The notes under the pieces: model-generated | What the model was told of the DNA's origin: nothing | Databases searched by the model: none | The model's input: the letters and a program-made list of their open reading frames with translations, nothing else | In this document: positions 1 through 11,153 of the stretch, piece by piece | Position numbering within the stretch: the first letter of the stretch is position 1 | Layout of the letters: each line of letters begins with the position of its first letter | Program-made: the position numbers and the translations under genes | Source of the DNA: Octopus vulgaris | Lineage: Eukaryota | Assembly (NCBI GenBank): GCA_951406725.2 | Contig: OX597816.1 | Location: 158,720,001 to 158,784,000 of the forward strand | DNA length: 64,000 bases | Reading direction: 5' to 3'

Positions 1-339
1 CTTTCATGGCTGGACCTAATTCCATTAAAGACTACAAAACAAAGGACTCAACTTGTACGATGGTGACACTTCTCTACAACCAATATGCAATGTCAAAAAA
101 GCACACACATACACACACATGAACTTCATTCAGTTTCCATGCACTAAATGGATTTGGTCAGCCTGGGGCTATAACAGAAGACTTATACCCACATTGCCAT
201 GCAGTGGGACTGAACCAGATACTGCATGATTAGAAAGTGAACTTCTTAACTGCACAGCCATGCCTGCACTGAATGCAGTTTACATTTATACAATGAAATG
301 ACAGCTGGTTGATGCCTCACTAGATTAGCAGTTCCTATA

Positions 340-535
340 CTGTGTGAAGTTGCATGGCTTAGTTGTTAGAGTAAGGTCGAGGGTTCAATTCCCAGCACCA
401 TGTTGTGTTCTTGAGCAAGACACTTTATTTCAAGTTACTCCAGTACACTCAGTTGGCAAAAAAGACTTGTACCTGTAATTCAGTAGGCCAGCCTTGCCAC
501 ATTCAGGATGTCATGCTGAATCTCCCTAAGAACTC
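340..535 (+). mobile_element. Degenerate tRNA-derived SINE
   Basis: A/B-box-like head (tggcttagttgttag...gggttcaattccc) followed by ttgagcaagacactttatttc, shared with the copies at 28085 and 61775. Confidence 0.65.
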
Positions 536-1720
536 CCCTGTTTGAAAACTTAAGGACACAGGACGCTTCTGTCACGTAGCCAACTATAAACGGTGTTTCT
601 TGGGGCTAAATAGCCACAGCATTCTTCCCTTTCCTGGGACTGCCACATTAAGTTGGCAACAAACCATCACTTTTTTTCTTCTTCTGTAAATATTTTTTAT
701 GGCTACATTTTGAATGTGGACATGAGCAAAATTGATTTTGAATTCATCATCATCATCCAGTGTTTTAAATCTGGGTTTTGTCCCTGTTAACGGGGTTGGC
801 CAGATATATCTCAATACCATAGCAACTGCCCTCACACCATCTCGCCTGGTTTGGGATTGTTGTTGATAATTACTTTATTGAGCCTGGACAAATGACAAGG
901 ACAATGTTTACTGAATATGAAATATAAAAAAAACACACAAAGCAGATAAATTGATACAATAGATATCCAATGTAGCTATCAATCCATTGTGCAACCTCCA
1001 TTACTTTTAGTTTATCTCCCTTGCCGTATTTGACAAAAATTGCCTTAATACTAAAGACTTTCTTTTCATTAAGGGTGTAATTTTGATAATAAAAAAATAA
1101 TTTTGATGAAGTAAAACAAATATATTAGCCAGGACTTAACTATGTTATTTGCGCAAAAGGCATTTCTGAAAAACTCTTTTTTTTCATGTCATTAGGTTTT
1201 ATGATGATGATAATATGGTGAGGAAACTATCATGTAAAATATCCTAAGATATTTTGCTGTATCTTGGGAGGGTCATTATGCCAATAATAAACACATGCAC
1301 TGGTTCTATTCCACTTCTTTATTATTCGTTGATTGGTTAACAATTTAACCAACTATCTAATTGATTATTATTTAAATCATTTGGTTAATCAGTCAGCCAG
1401 TTACTTTTGTCAAAGCCCTTTCATTGCCATTTGCCATGTCTTCAGTGATAGACCCTCTCTACTATAGGTTTGCCTGTTTGTCTCTTGGATAATTTTGGTT
1501 CTAATTTCATGTAGTTACAGGCATGTGAGTACAAATATATGTGAAAAGGGAAGGGAGAGAGAAAGAGAGAGTATGTATGTTGTGTGTGTATGTATGTGTG
1601 TGACTATGTTTATGCACGTGTGCTCAGATGTATGAGGATGTGTGTTTGTTGGTATAACAGATTCTGTGAGAGAACACATGTATACATCAAGATATTTTAC
1701 AATCTGTATATGATGCTTAC

Positions 1721-1793
1721 TTGAACATCCATACTGGGTCTTCTTTTGACAGCATCTTTGCGTTTCAGCCGTTTTGACATAGTAGCAGACAAC
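1721..1793 (-). CDS. PLEKHG5: Coding exon of PLEKHG5-like gene; basic segment
   Basis: Acceptor catcaatgtttcag|G and donor GTTCAA|gtaagc. 73 bp, phase 2 to 0. Encodes (R)LSATMSKRLKRKDAVKRRPSMDVQ, positionally like the recalled PLEKHG5 [22 protein letters not shown] segment. Confidence 0.8.
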
Positions 1794-2022
1794 CTGAAAC
1801 ATTGATGAAATCTAAATTTTAATTGCGAGAAATTATAAATATTAATTAACAGAAAGAAATGAAATAGCAGAAGAGTTTGGGATTAACCTTTTTGTTATGA
1901 TATTTGTGTTTGAAATACACTGCTTTTATTACAATTTAGTTTTTTAAAAAAATGAAGAATTCTGCAAAACAGCTTTCACTGATGTTTGAAATTTTGAAGA
2001 CTTTAATTAAGAACACTTTAAA

Positions 2023-2250
2023 CCAGTGGTTATCAACCAGGATCCATATGATCCCTGAGGGTCTTCATAAGATTTTTGAGGGTCCACACAACAAGATAGT
2101 AAATTGGGGATCCACAATAATATTTTAAGGGACCCTGAAATAAAATTTTGTTTTAGATGTATATATTGCAAGAAACAGTTAGGTTTATTTCTCTAACATT
2201 TTACATAGTTCAACCTACACAAGTTAATGTGTGCAAAACAAAATAGGAAT
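2023..2250 (+). mobile_element. hAT-type MITE, partial
   Basis: Starts CAGTGGTTATCAACC and is homologous to the complete element at 60557-60814. Confidence 0.6.
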
Positions 2251-2819
2251 TTTGGGCTAATGGTAAGAGTGTTGGACTCCTGATTGTATAATCATGGTTT
2301 CAATTTCTGGACAAGGTAGTGCATTGTATACTGGAGCAAAGTACTGTTATTTCACATTGCTCCAGTCCACTTAACTGAAAAGGAGTTCCAGTAATAGCTG
2401 AGTTAACTTTGTGATGGACTATTGTCCCATTGTGAGAAGAGCAGTGTTCTCTTAATCTATTTGACACACACAACATAAAAATAAACCATAGTAACCAGAA
2501 TAAGTTCCATCTTAATAAGAATGTAGCTTTTCTGACATACTTAAGACGTACATGAATGTAAATGACTGCTTTATTTAAAAAATCAAAAATTTCAATAGTG
2601 ATTAAGAAAAATGTTGAGATACTTCAATATTATTTTGAGGAAGGAACTGAATGAGAAACTAAAAACATTTCTATTTTAATAAATTAATCAAAAGGAGGAG
2701 ACACGGCTCATGTCTCAGATAGCCTCTGTAGGCTCTCAGTGATAATCTCAGAGGATCCTTGAAGGCTCTCTGAGACTGGTAAGATTGATAAGTTTGATGT
2801 TGAGTGCCTTCATAGTCAG

Positions 2820-2940
2820 TGAGATCACCATGTACAAGGGATTGGTAAGTTCTAGAAAGTAACAGTCCTGGTGAGGAAGGAATAGTTGATGTGTTCAGTG
2901 CAGTGTTTGGAATGGAGGAGTGGGCATGGAGAGGATAAGC
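2820..2940 (-). mobile_element. Degenerate CR1-clade LINE 3' fragment
   Basis: Minus strand reads PKHCTEHINYSFLTRTVTF*NLP, like the CR1 C-terminal SFxPRTxxxWNxLP motif. Confidence 0.45.
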
Positions 2941-2994
2941 AACTAGCTAGCTCATATAAGCAAGGACCTTAGCAGTAAAAATAGAAGTAGTTAC

Positions 2995-3223
2995 CGTGTT
3001 GCTGCATTATGTTTCACAAAGCGAGGAGTAGTTTCATCAAACACTGGAGATTCATTACGTGTATAGTCTGGTTCTGGTTCTGGTGCTGGTTCTGGTGTTG
3101 GTCCATATTCTACATTGTCTGGTTCTGGTTCCGGAAATACCACTTCCAGCATTTGTTCTTCATCACTTGCGTTCTGATCACGTGTGAACTGGACTTCAGT
3201 TTCAAAACCGCTCTTGAAACTAC
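2995..3223 (-). CDS. PLEKHG5: Coding exon of PLEKHG5-like gene; acidic/Pro-Glu-rich linker
   Basis: Acceptor gtttcttttcaag|GT and donor ACACG|gtaact. 229 bp, phase 1 to 2, open frame (G)SFKSGFETEVQFTRDQNASDEEQMLEVVFPEPEPDNVEYGPTPEPAPEPEPDYTRNESPVFDETTPRFVKHNAAT(R). Phases fit both neighbouring exons. Confidence 0.82.
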
Positions 3224-3324
3224 CTTGAAAAGAAACACAATTAAAAGTCCATTAACTCAGAGCCATAAAAAAGTGTACAACTACTACTACTACTACTACA
3301 GAATAATAACATATTGCCTAATTG

Positions 3325-4008
3325 TTACATTGGGTCTCACCAAGGCAATGACTAGTGACCAGGACCTTAGGAAATATACTGTGCTTGAGAAGACTCAGCA
3401 AGCCAAGTGAGACCATAACCTTGTGGCCTATGCCAGGGGTGTAACCAGCACACTTATGCGTACCTTTCCTTCATTGGACACTAAACTCTACTTATGAAGA
3501 CCTGTTGAGGCAAGTGAAATTGAAATTGAAATCAAATTCGATGACTGGCATCCGTGCTAGTGGAGTGCTAAGAGTACAATCCAAGTGTGATCGTTGCCAG
3601 AGCAACAAACTGGCTTCCGTGCTGGTGGCACGTAAAAAGCACCATTCGAGCATGATCGTTACCTGCATCGCCTTACTGGCACTTGTACTGGTGGCACGTG
3701 AAAAAATATTTGAGCGAGTTCGTTGCCAGTGCCACTGGACTGGCTCCTGTGCAGGTGGCACATAAAAAGCACCATTTGAGCATGGCCGTTGCCAGTACAG
3801 CCTGACTGGCCCTCGTGTCAGTGGCACATAAAAGCACCCACTACACTCTTGGAGTGGTTGGCGTCAGGAAGGGTATCCAGCTGTAGAAACTCTGCCAGAT
3901 CAGATTGGAGCCTGGTGCAGCCATCTGGTTTGCCAGACCTCAGTCAAATCGTCCAACCTGTGCTAGCATGGAAAGCGGACGTTAAACGATGATGATGATG
4001 ATGATGAT
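3325..4008 (+). mobile_element. 5'-truncated RTE-type LINE: ORF C-terminus, 3' UTR and (GAT)n tail
   Basis: LGLTKAMTSDQDLRKYTVLEKTQQAK* (RTE-like C-terminus), then a UTR with internal ggtggcacgtaaaaagcacc repeats, ending gttaaacgatgatgatg. The same 3' end recurs many times in the window. Confidence 0.75.
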
Positions 4009-4523
4009 TATAAACTTATGAATAAAAGAACTGGGGTTCAGTTCTTGAACCAGGCAGTGCATTGTGTTTTTGAGAAAGGCACTTCATTTCACACTGCTTT
4101 CTCCCCCCCACCATCTCTAGTAGTATCTTGGTTGTACTACTGGATGAATACTGAGGGAGCCAAGAGGGTATCTATGTTTGTTCATGACTACATAAGCACC
4201 TGAAACAATTAGTGAAAGCATGAGGTATATTTCTAAGCCATAATCACTGTGTGAGGATGGCTTAAATATGCAGTGCTCACAAGTGACTGGCTGTATTTAT
4301 ACTAATATAAAAAAAATTCTTTAAATTTGTTTCTTTTTTTGGTGGGGGTCTGAAAATTCAAATTTTTCGAATAGCATATTTTAAATCTGTATCACTAAAA
4401 CAATCTCTAAGTATTCATTTTAGTTAGGAGAAATATCAGACAAAGTTCCCTCAAATCAAACAATCATACTCTACCATTCAAAAAGACACACTGGATAATG
4501 TAACTCTGGATAAATTATATTTT

Positions 4524-4908
4524 AAAAAATTACAATAAGGGAATTGAATAATTACAACGCCAGTCTGCTAGAAGTAGACCCCAAATACTCTAGGAACCAC
4601 TTAAATTATTATTCCATGCCACAAGGCTGCAAGTGAGGACAATTGATAACAAGGATTTATAAATTGGATAGTACCGTATCTATACATTTCACAGTTTGAG
4701 TTATTGATCGGAAAGAGTTTTTAATAACTCAAACCATGAAATCTATAGATATGGTACTATCCAAATTATTTTATAAATCCTCGCTGTCTATTTTCCTCAC
4801 TTATAACCTTGTGAAGTGGAGTAATTATCAAAGTGGTTCCTAGACCATTTGGGATCTACCTCTAGCAGACTGGTGTTGTAATTATTCAACACCCTTATTG
4901 TAATTTTA
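4524..4908. repeat. Long imperfect inverted repeat (foldback/MITE-like)
   Basis: aattacaataaggg..ttgaataattacaacgccagtctgctaga is mirrored by tctagcagactggtgttgtaattattcaa..cccttattgtaatt. Arms ~185 bp, loop ~4708-4720. Confidence 0.85.
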
Positions 4909-5010
4909 ATATAAATTAACCATTATGGTATTTTAGTATGCTGGTCACTGATAAGTCATTAAATAACGACTTTATCCTAATTACATATATTTTAAAAATA
5001 TATTTTTTAC

Positions 5011-5673
5011 GTGTCACCATCACCAGTGCTTTGTATGTGGCACCATCACCAGTGCTTTTTATGTGGCACCATCACCAGTGCTTTTTATGTGGCACCATCA
5101 CCAGTACTTTGTATGTGGCACCATCACCAGTGCTTTTTATGTGGCACCATCACCAGTGCTTTTTATGTGGCACCATCACCAGTGCTTTGTATGTGGCACC
5201 ATCACCAGTGCTTTTTATGTGGCACCATCACCAGTGCTTTTTATGTGGCACCATCACCAGTGCTTTTTATGTGGCACCATCACCAGTGCTTTGTATGTGG
5301 CACCAGCACCAGTGCTTTTTATGTGGCACCATCACCAGTGCTTTTTATGTGGCACCATAACCAGTGCTTTTTATGTGGCACCATCACCAGTGCTTTTTAT
5401 GTGGCACCATAACCAGTGCTTTTTATGTGGCACCATCACCAGTGCTTTTTATGTGGCACCATCACCAGTGCTTTGTATGTGGCACCATCACCAGTGCTTT
5501 TTATGTGGCACCATCACCAGTGCTTTTTATGTGGCACCATCACCAGTGCTTTTTATGTGGCACTATTACCATTGCTTTTTACATGGCACCATCACCAGTG
5601 CCTTGTACATGGCACCATCACCAGTGCTTTTTACGTGGCACCATCACCAGTACTTTTTATGTGGCACCATCAC
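5011..5673. repeat. 26-bp minisatellite, ~25 copies
   Basis: Unit GTGGCACCATCACCAGTGCTTTTTAT, head-to-tail with no spacers; the last units are more diverged. Confidence 0.95.
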
Positions 5674-6097
5674 ATAAACCCAGATTGTAAAAGAATAATG
5701 TTGTCTATATGAACAGTAACTTTGTTTTCAGTGTTCAAATTTGAAGACAAGGGGGAAACATAAACACATACACACATAGCACAGGTATGGCTGTGTGAAT
5801 AGAATTAAAGGTTTGGTCCCACAGTATGGATGGGTATTGTCAGCTGGTGTCCACCACTATACCTATAACTTGAGATTGAAACTGGTAGACAAAACCTGAC
5901 TGTCTTACACACACACACACACACATACAGAGAGACTTCTCTCTCAGGTTTCATTCACTTATTTCACTCACAAGATACTGGCCAAACTGCACCTATAACA
6001 GAAGACAGCATCCAACAGTGACCATGCATTGTGAGTGAACCTGAAGCTATCAGGCTCTGAAACAAATTTTTTAAATATATAGCTGTGCTTTATATAT

Positions 6098-6500
6098 ATT
6101 CTTTTCTACTCTAGGCACAAGGAGCAAAATTTTTTGGGAGGGGGCCAGTTGATTAGATCGACCCCAGTACGCAACTGGTACTTAATTTATCAATCCCAAA
6201 AGAAGGAAAGACAAAGTCAACCTCGGTGGAATTTGAACTCAGAACTTAAAAACAGACGAAATACCTATTTCTTTACTATCCACAAGGGGCTAAACACAGA
6301 GAGGACAAACAAGGACAGACAGATGGAGAAAGTCGATTATATCAACCCCAGTGCGTAACTGGTACTTATTTAATTGACCCCGAAAGGATGAAAAGACAAA
6401 GTCAACCTCGGCGGAATTTGAACTCAGAACTTAAGGACAGATGAAATACCACTAAGCATTTTGCCTGGCGTGCTAATGTTTCTGCCAGCTCGCCACCTTG
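6098..6500 (-). mobile_element. SINE (family B) with internal ~180-bp tandem duplication
   Basis: Minus-strand head ggcgagctggcagaaacattagc. Body ttctgagttcaaattccgccgaggttgactttg..tttcatcctttcggggtc is present twice. Confidence 0.8.
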
Positions 6501-6509
6501 CCTTGTATA

Positions 6510-7023
6510 TCTATATATATAAAACTGTAGTTGTGTGAGTGTCTGTCCCCTTCGATTTAGATTCCTAACTACTCCCACATTTTGCGGTGCAGTTTCACCA
6601 AATTCGGGTATCTTATAGTCGTGATTCATATCGAGCCCGTCTGAGTATTAGCGCGCGTCTACGATGAGTCTACGATTTTAAAAATAATTTAGCATCATTT
6701 TTTATTCCATTTTAATGCATAATTTTTCGTGTGTCGATGGCGGCGGAGTTGGCGTCCATGGTCACACCTGCACCTGTTTGCTTCTCCCCCTTCTTCCCTC
6801 CCTCGTGAAGCTGTGGGGAAGGGAGTGTAAGGAAATCAACGTCGTAAAGCGTTGTCAAGGAGACCAGCGTTCTTTTAGAACAACGACTTCATGGCTTGAA
6901 GACACCAAAACAGAAATGGCTAAGAAAGCCCGAATTGGCATCTATAAGGGAAGTAACTCTCTAAAAATGCTTATATAGTTATTTCCCTTACAAACCCAAG
7001 GCAACGCCGGGCAATACTGCTAG
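6510..7023 (+). mobile_element. Non-autonomous Helitron
   Basis: 5' TC after A6509. 3' GC hairpin CCC-AA-GGC-AAC-GCC-GGG (6995-7011), then CTAG (7020-7023) followed by T. No TSD; CpG-rich. Confidence 0.75.
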
Positions 7024-7139
7024 TATTCTATTAAAATAATGAGTCAGCTACCTGTATGTCATAATTTTACTCAAGCAGAGCCAAAGAGTGGAGATATAAT
7101 TAGCAACAACAATTATAAAAATAAAAGGAGCTTAGTTAC

Positions 7140-7263
7140 CTCTGAAAGGGAATATGTCAATAACCAGGTGCCCTTGGTACCCTTCTTGTTTATGAATAGT
7201 TTCATCACAGATTTTACAGAACACAGATTTGCCACTTCCTGCACACATTGGATGATGGCACTC
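7140..7263 (-). CDS. PLEKHG5: Coding exon of PLEKHG5-like RhoGEF gene; zinc-binding (B-box-like) segment
   Basis: Acceptor ttttatttccattgtag|GAG and donor AGAG|gtaact. 124 bp, phase 0 to 1. Encodes ECHHPMCAGSGKSVFCKICDETIHKQEGYQGHLVIDIFPFR(G). This matches my recollection of the vertebrate PLEKHG5 N-terminus (VCHHADC...LCEACDSKFH...YDGHVRFDLPPQG). Gene name is from memory; the DH/PH domains are not in the window. Confidence 0.82.
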
Positions 7264-7536
7264 CTACAATGGAAATAAAATTCATCTTGAGACATACTTA
7301 GACAGAATAATAAATTTAAACAAAGAGGATAGTAATATCCTATAAGAAGATTTGAAACAACAATCAGCAAAAATATTAAGAAGAAGCATATTGATATTTG
7401 ACAATATGTTGGAATGTTTACTTTTTACATGTTTAATATGCATTTAGGTATCTAAAATATTTTTTACAAAGGTGCAGACATGGTTGAATTGTTGAGAAGC
7501 TTCCAGATCGGGATGGGGTGGGGGTGGGGGGTGGGA

Positions 7537-8022
7537 ACAGACAGGCAGGCAGATAGATAAATAGATAAATAGACAGACAGATAAAGATATAGACAAAGAG
7601 ATATATATACACTGATAGATAGATAGATACATACATACATAGAAATAGCTAGATATGTAAAGATATACACAAAGAGATAGATAGATAGAGACAGACAGAT
7701 AGATAGATAGATAGACAGATAGATTGATAGATAAATAGATAAACAGATAGACAGACAGACAGATAGATAGAAAAAAATAGCTGTAAAAGCACCTTCTGAA
7801 CGTGGTCGATGCCAGTACCCCTGACTGGCCCCTGTACCAGTGGCACGTAAAAAGCACGCACTACACTCTCGGAGTAGTTGGAAAACGGATGATGATGATG
7901 ATGATATAGATATATAGATAGATAAATAGATATAGACAAAGAGATATAGACAGACAGACAGCTAGATAGAGACAGATACATAAATATAGCTTACTAGATA
8001 GCTAAATAGATAGATATACACT

Positions 8023-8074
<52 letters not shown>

Positions 8075-8101
8075 TACACTAATAGATAGATACATAATAG
8101 G

Positions 8102-8132
<31 letters not shown>

Positions 8133-8140
8133 GTAGATAG
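7537..8140. repeat. (GATA/GACA)n compound microsatellite interrupted by an RTE 3' fragment (~7782-7905)
   Basis: Long agat/agac runs. Confidence 0.9.
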
Positions 8141-8277
8141 ATGTACAAATGAAACAAAAGAAAAGCACACAGCACATTTTGTAGAGTTTGTATTTATTTG
8201 AAGTAACAGATTGATTCAGATCTGCAATACTTAAAGTTGCACAAACATGAGAAAAACACTCATCATTGTTTGGATAC

Positions 8278-8346
8278 CTGCTTCTCAGAAGCAGACATAT
8301 ATCTTCCTCCTTTCTTCCATGTAGTGACACTGAAAGGAGATATCAT
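8278..8346 (-). CDS. Candidate upstream/alternative first coding exon of the PLEKHG5-like gene
   Basis: ATG at 8346 with an in-frame upstream TAG. Reads MISPFSVTTWKKGGRYMSASEKQ, then donor AAGCAG|gtatcc in phase 0, matching the 7263 exon. An internal acceptor (ctcctttcag) is also possible. Confidence 0.5.
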
Positions 8347-8544
8347 CCTCCTTTTTTTTCCAGCAAAGGCAAGAATCTATCTCTCCAACAGCAAGACACC
8401 TGTTCCTGTCATATTTTAAACTTTTATCACCTGATACAAAGTTACCTGCTTTAATACTAAACCCCCATCCCTCTGTTGACATCATTGATACTGGTGCCAT
8501 ATAAAAATCATCCAGGGTATCTGTAAAAAGGTTGGTGTTAGAAG

Positions 8545-8764
8545 TGTGTGTATGTTTGTGTGTCTGTGCTTGTCTCCCAACCATCACTTGACAACCGATG
8601 CTGGTGTGTTTACATCCCGGTAACTTAGCGGTTTGGCAAAAGAGACCGATAGAATAAGTATTAGGCTTACAAAGAATAAGTCCTGGGGTCGATTTGGTCG
8701 ACTAAAGGCGGTGCTCCAGCATGGCCACAGTCAAGTGACTGAAACAAGTAAAAGAATAAAGAGT
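8545..8764 (+). mobile_element. SINE family A, 3' half
   Basis: cttgacaaccgatgctggtgtgtttac...gactgaaacaagtaaaagaataaagag. Confidence 0.8.
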
Positions 8765-9042
8765 ACATATGTTTAATGAGATTCTATCGAGTATAAACAC
8801 TGAACTTGAAAGCAGTGGAAACTGCCTAACATCGAAACTACAGCCATTTCAGACATTGGATTAATATTTTTATAATGAATTAACAATCATTAACCTTTTG
8901 TATGCTTAATAATTAACGTTTATAGCTTTAGCTTGATTAGTTACTACCTGCTTTACCTAACCAGATTAACACATACCTGATATAAATGCATACATAAATG
9001 TGTGAGTGGGTGTATATGATTATTATTATCTTTATTATTAAG

Positions 9043-9244
9043 AAGGTGGTGAACTGGCAGAATTGTTAAACACGCCAGGCGAAATGCTTAGAGGTATTTC
9101 ATCTGCTGCTGTGTTCTGAGTTCAAATTCTGCTGAGGTCAACTTTCATGCTTTCAGGGGTCATTAAATTAACTATCAGTGAAACACTGAGGTCAATGTGA
9201 TCAATTAGTCCAAAATTTCAGGCATTATGCCTTTAGTAGAAAGG

Positions 9245-9245
<1 letters not shown>
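9043..9245 (+). mobile_element. SINE family B
   Basis: ggtggtgaactggcagaattgtt...ttctgagttcaaattc...followed by an (ATT)n tail. Confidence 0.7.
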
Positions 9246-9280
<35 letters not shown>

Positions 9281-9329
9281 CTAGCTAAAATCAAAGTCCT
9301 AATAAGTAGAAAGACATGCAAACCACAAA

Positions 9330-9816
9330 TCAAAATTGAAATCAAATTTGTTGCCTGGCATCTGTGCTCGTGGAGCGCTAAGAGTACCATACAAGTCTGA
9401 TCGTTGCCGGAGTAAAAAGCTGGCGTCCTTGCCGATGGCACGATAAAAACACCATTCGAGCGTGATCATTACCTGCGTCGCCTTACTAGCACTTGTGCTG
9501 GTGGCACGTGAAAAAACATTCGAGCGAGGTCATTGCCAGTGCCACTGGACTGGCTCCTGTGCAGGTGGCACATAAAAAGCACCATTTGAGAGTGCCTGTA
9601 ACCAGTACCGCCTGACTGGCTCTCATGTCGGTGGCACGTAAAAGCACCCATTACACTCATGGAGTGGTTGGCGTTAGGAAGGGTATCCAGCTGTAGAAAC
9701 TCTGCTAGATCAGATTGGAGCATGGTGCAGCCATCTGGTTTGCCAGACCTCAGTCAAATCGTCCAACCCATGCTAGCATGGAAAGCAGACATTAAACAAT
9801 GATGCTGATGATGATG
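9330..9816 (+). mobile_element. RTE-type LINE 3' UTR copy
   Basis: Colinear with 3520-4008 and ends in (GAT)n. Confidence 0.8.
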
Positions 9817-10089
9817 AAAGGCATTGAGTGGGCAGAATCATTAGCACATGGGACAAAATGCTTAATGGCATTTTGTCTGATTTTACATTCTAAGTTCAAG
9901 TTCCATCAAGGTCAACTTGTCCTTTCAGGGGTTGTTAAAATGAGTACCAAGTGAATACTGGGGTCAATGTACTCGATTAGCCCCACACCATGAACTTGCT
10001 GGCCTTGTGCCAAAATTTGAAACCATTATTAAGAAACAGAACAATAAAAGAATTATATCCTGCAACCAACAAATGCATTTGCCCAATCC

Positions 10090-10183
10090 AAGGCAAGATC
10101 AAAATCATCAATGTCCCCATTGTGATTTCATAGCAAAATCCATTCCTGGACTCAAACTCCATTCATGCATCCATCGCAAATAG
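10090..10183 (+). mobile_element. LINE C-terminal C2H2 zinc-finger remnant
   Basis: QDQNHQCPHCDFIAKSIPGLKLHSCIHRK*: a single finger with a GLxxH motif directly before the stop, as in RTE ORF ends. Confidence 0.5.
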
Positions 10184-10529
10184 ATGCAGCTTCTTTTCTT
10201 AATCCTTCTTTTTTTGCTCTATTTTTTTAAATTTTCAATCCATTATTTCAAACACTCATGTGCTGAAATCAACAAGAGTGACAACCACCACTGCCACCGC
10301 CACCACCACACCACCATTGTTATGGTTGTTGTTATTGTTACACAGCTAAAGATGGTTGCTGAGAGCAGCACACTTCATCTATCCTGTAAAACTTGTAAAT
10401 AAACCAGTTGTAAATTGCATTTGTACTTGAAGTCTTCTCTCTTTGCCTGCTGGAGCCTGAACTACACAAAGAACAAGATATAATGGGAGAAGGCGATATT
10501 CTTCCAATATCGTAAACCTTGCTTTCCAT

Positions 10530-10562
<33 letters not shown>

Positions 10563-10814
10563 TGACATTCCATACTAATCGTCAACAAACATCATCAAAT
10601 AAGTAGTGATGTTTATTTGCAATCTGCAATGAAAATATGCCTGGACTAGAGGTAATTGTTACCTTTCTTTACTTAGAAACAAGCAGAAGTTGGCAAATGG
10701 AAGAGCAAACGCATCCATATATAGAAAATCTGTCTTGATGAATCTTGTTTGACCGATGCAACTATAGAAAAGTAGCTGTTAAAACAACAACAATGACAAT
10801 GATATGATGATGTT

Positions 10815-11153
10815 TCTCCTTATGAGAGCTCAAAATCTCTAGTGGAAGCGTCATCCAACCAAAGTACAAATATATTGGAAATTACCACGTGTATCATCTC
10901 TTGTGAAAGATAGAAGAGTCCAGTTTGCTGGACATTGTTGTAGAGCTGAAAACGAGGTAATTTCTACTCTTCTCCTCTGGAAGCCATCTGCTCGCTATAC
11001 CAGAAGGTGCACACTCTCCTACCCTGATGTAATCTTCAGGGATACAGGCATCCAGCAACAGGACCTCCGTAATGCTATGATGGACTGTGAGGTATAGCGT
11101 AACATAGTAAATTCCATTGTCCCGACCACGGTTGAACAATGATGATGATGATG
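10815..11153 (+). mobile_element. RTE-clade LINE 3' end (second family)
   Basis: ...VKDRRVQFAGHCCRAENEVISTLLLWKPS...LSYPDVIFRDTG...LRNAMMD..., followed by a (TGA)n tail. Confidence 0.8.

Noticed and set aside
584-835. 83-aa minus-strand ORF or next exon of the gene
   Set aside because: The only acceptor (aaaaaatatttacag) lacks a pyrimidine tract, and the phase-0 frame stops after KKKKSDGLLPT. No resemblance to the expected downstream domains.
3009-3410. 133-aa plus-strand ORF with WFWFWC repeats
   Set aside because: Antisense shadow of the Pro-Glu exon fused to a LINE C-terminus.
5011-5673. CRISPR-like array and overlapping 100-200 aa ORFs
   Set aside because: Units are contiguous with no unique spacers, the context is eukaryotic with no cas genes, and the ORFs are translations of the repeat.
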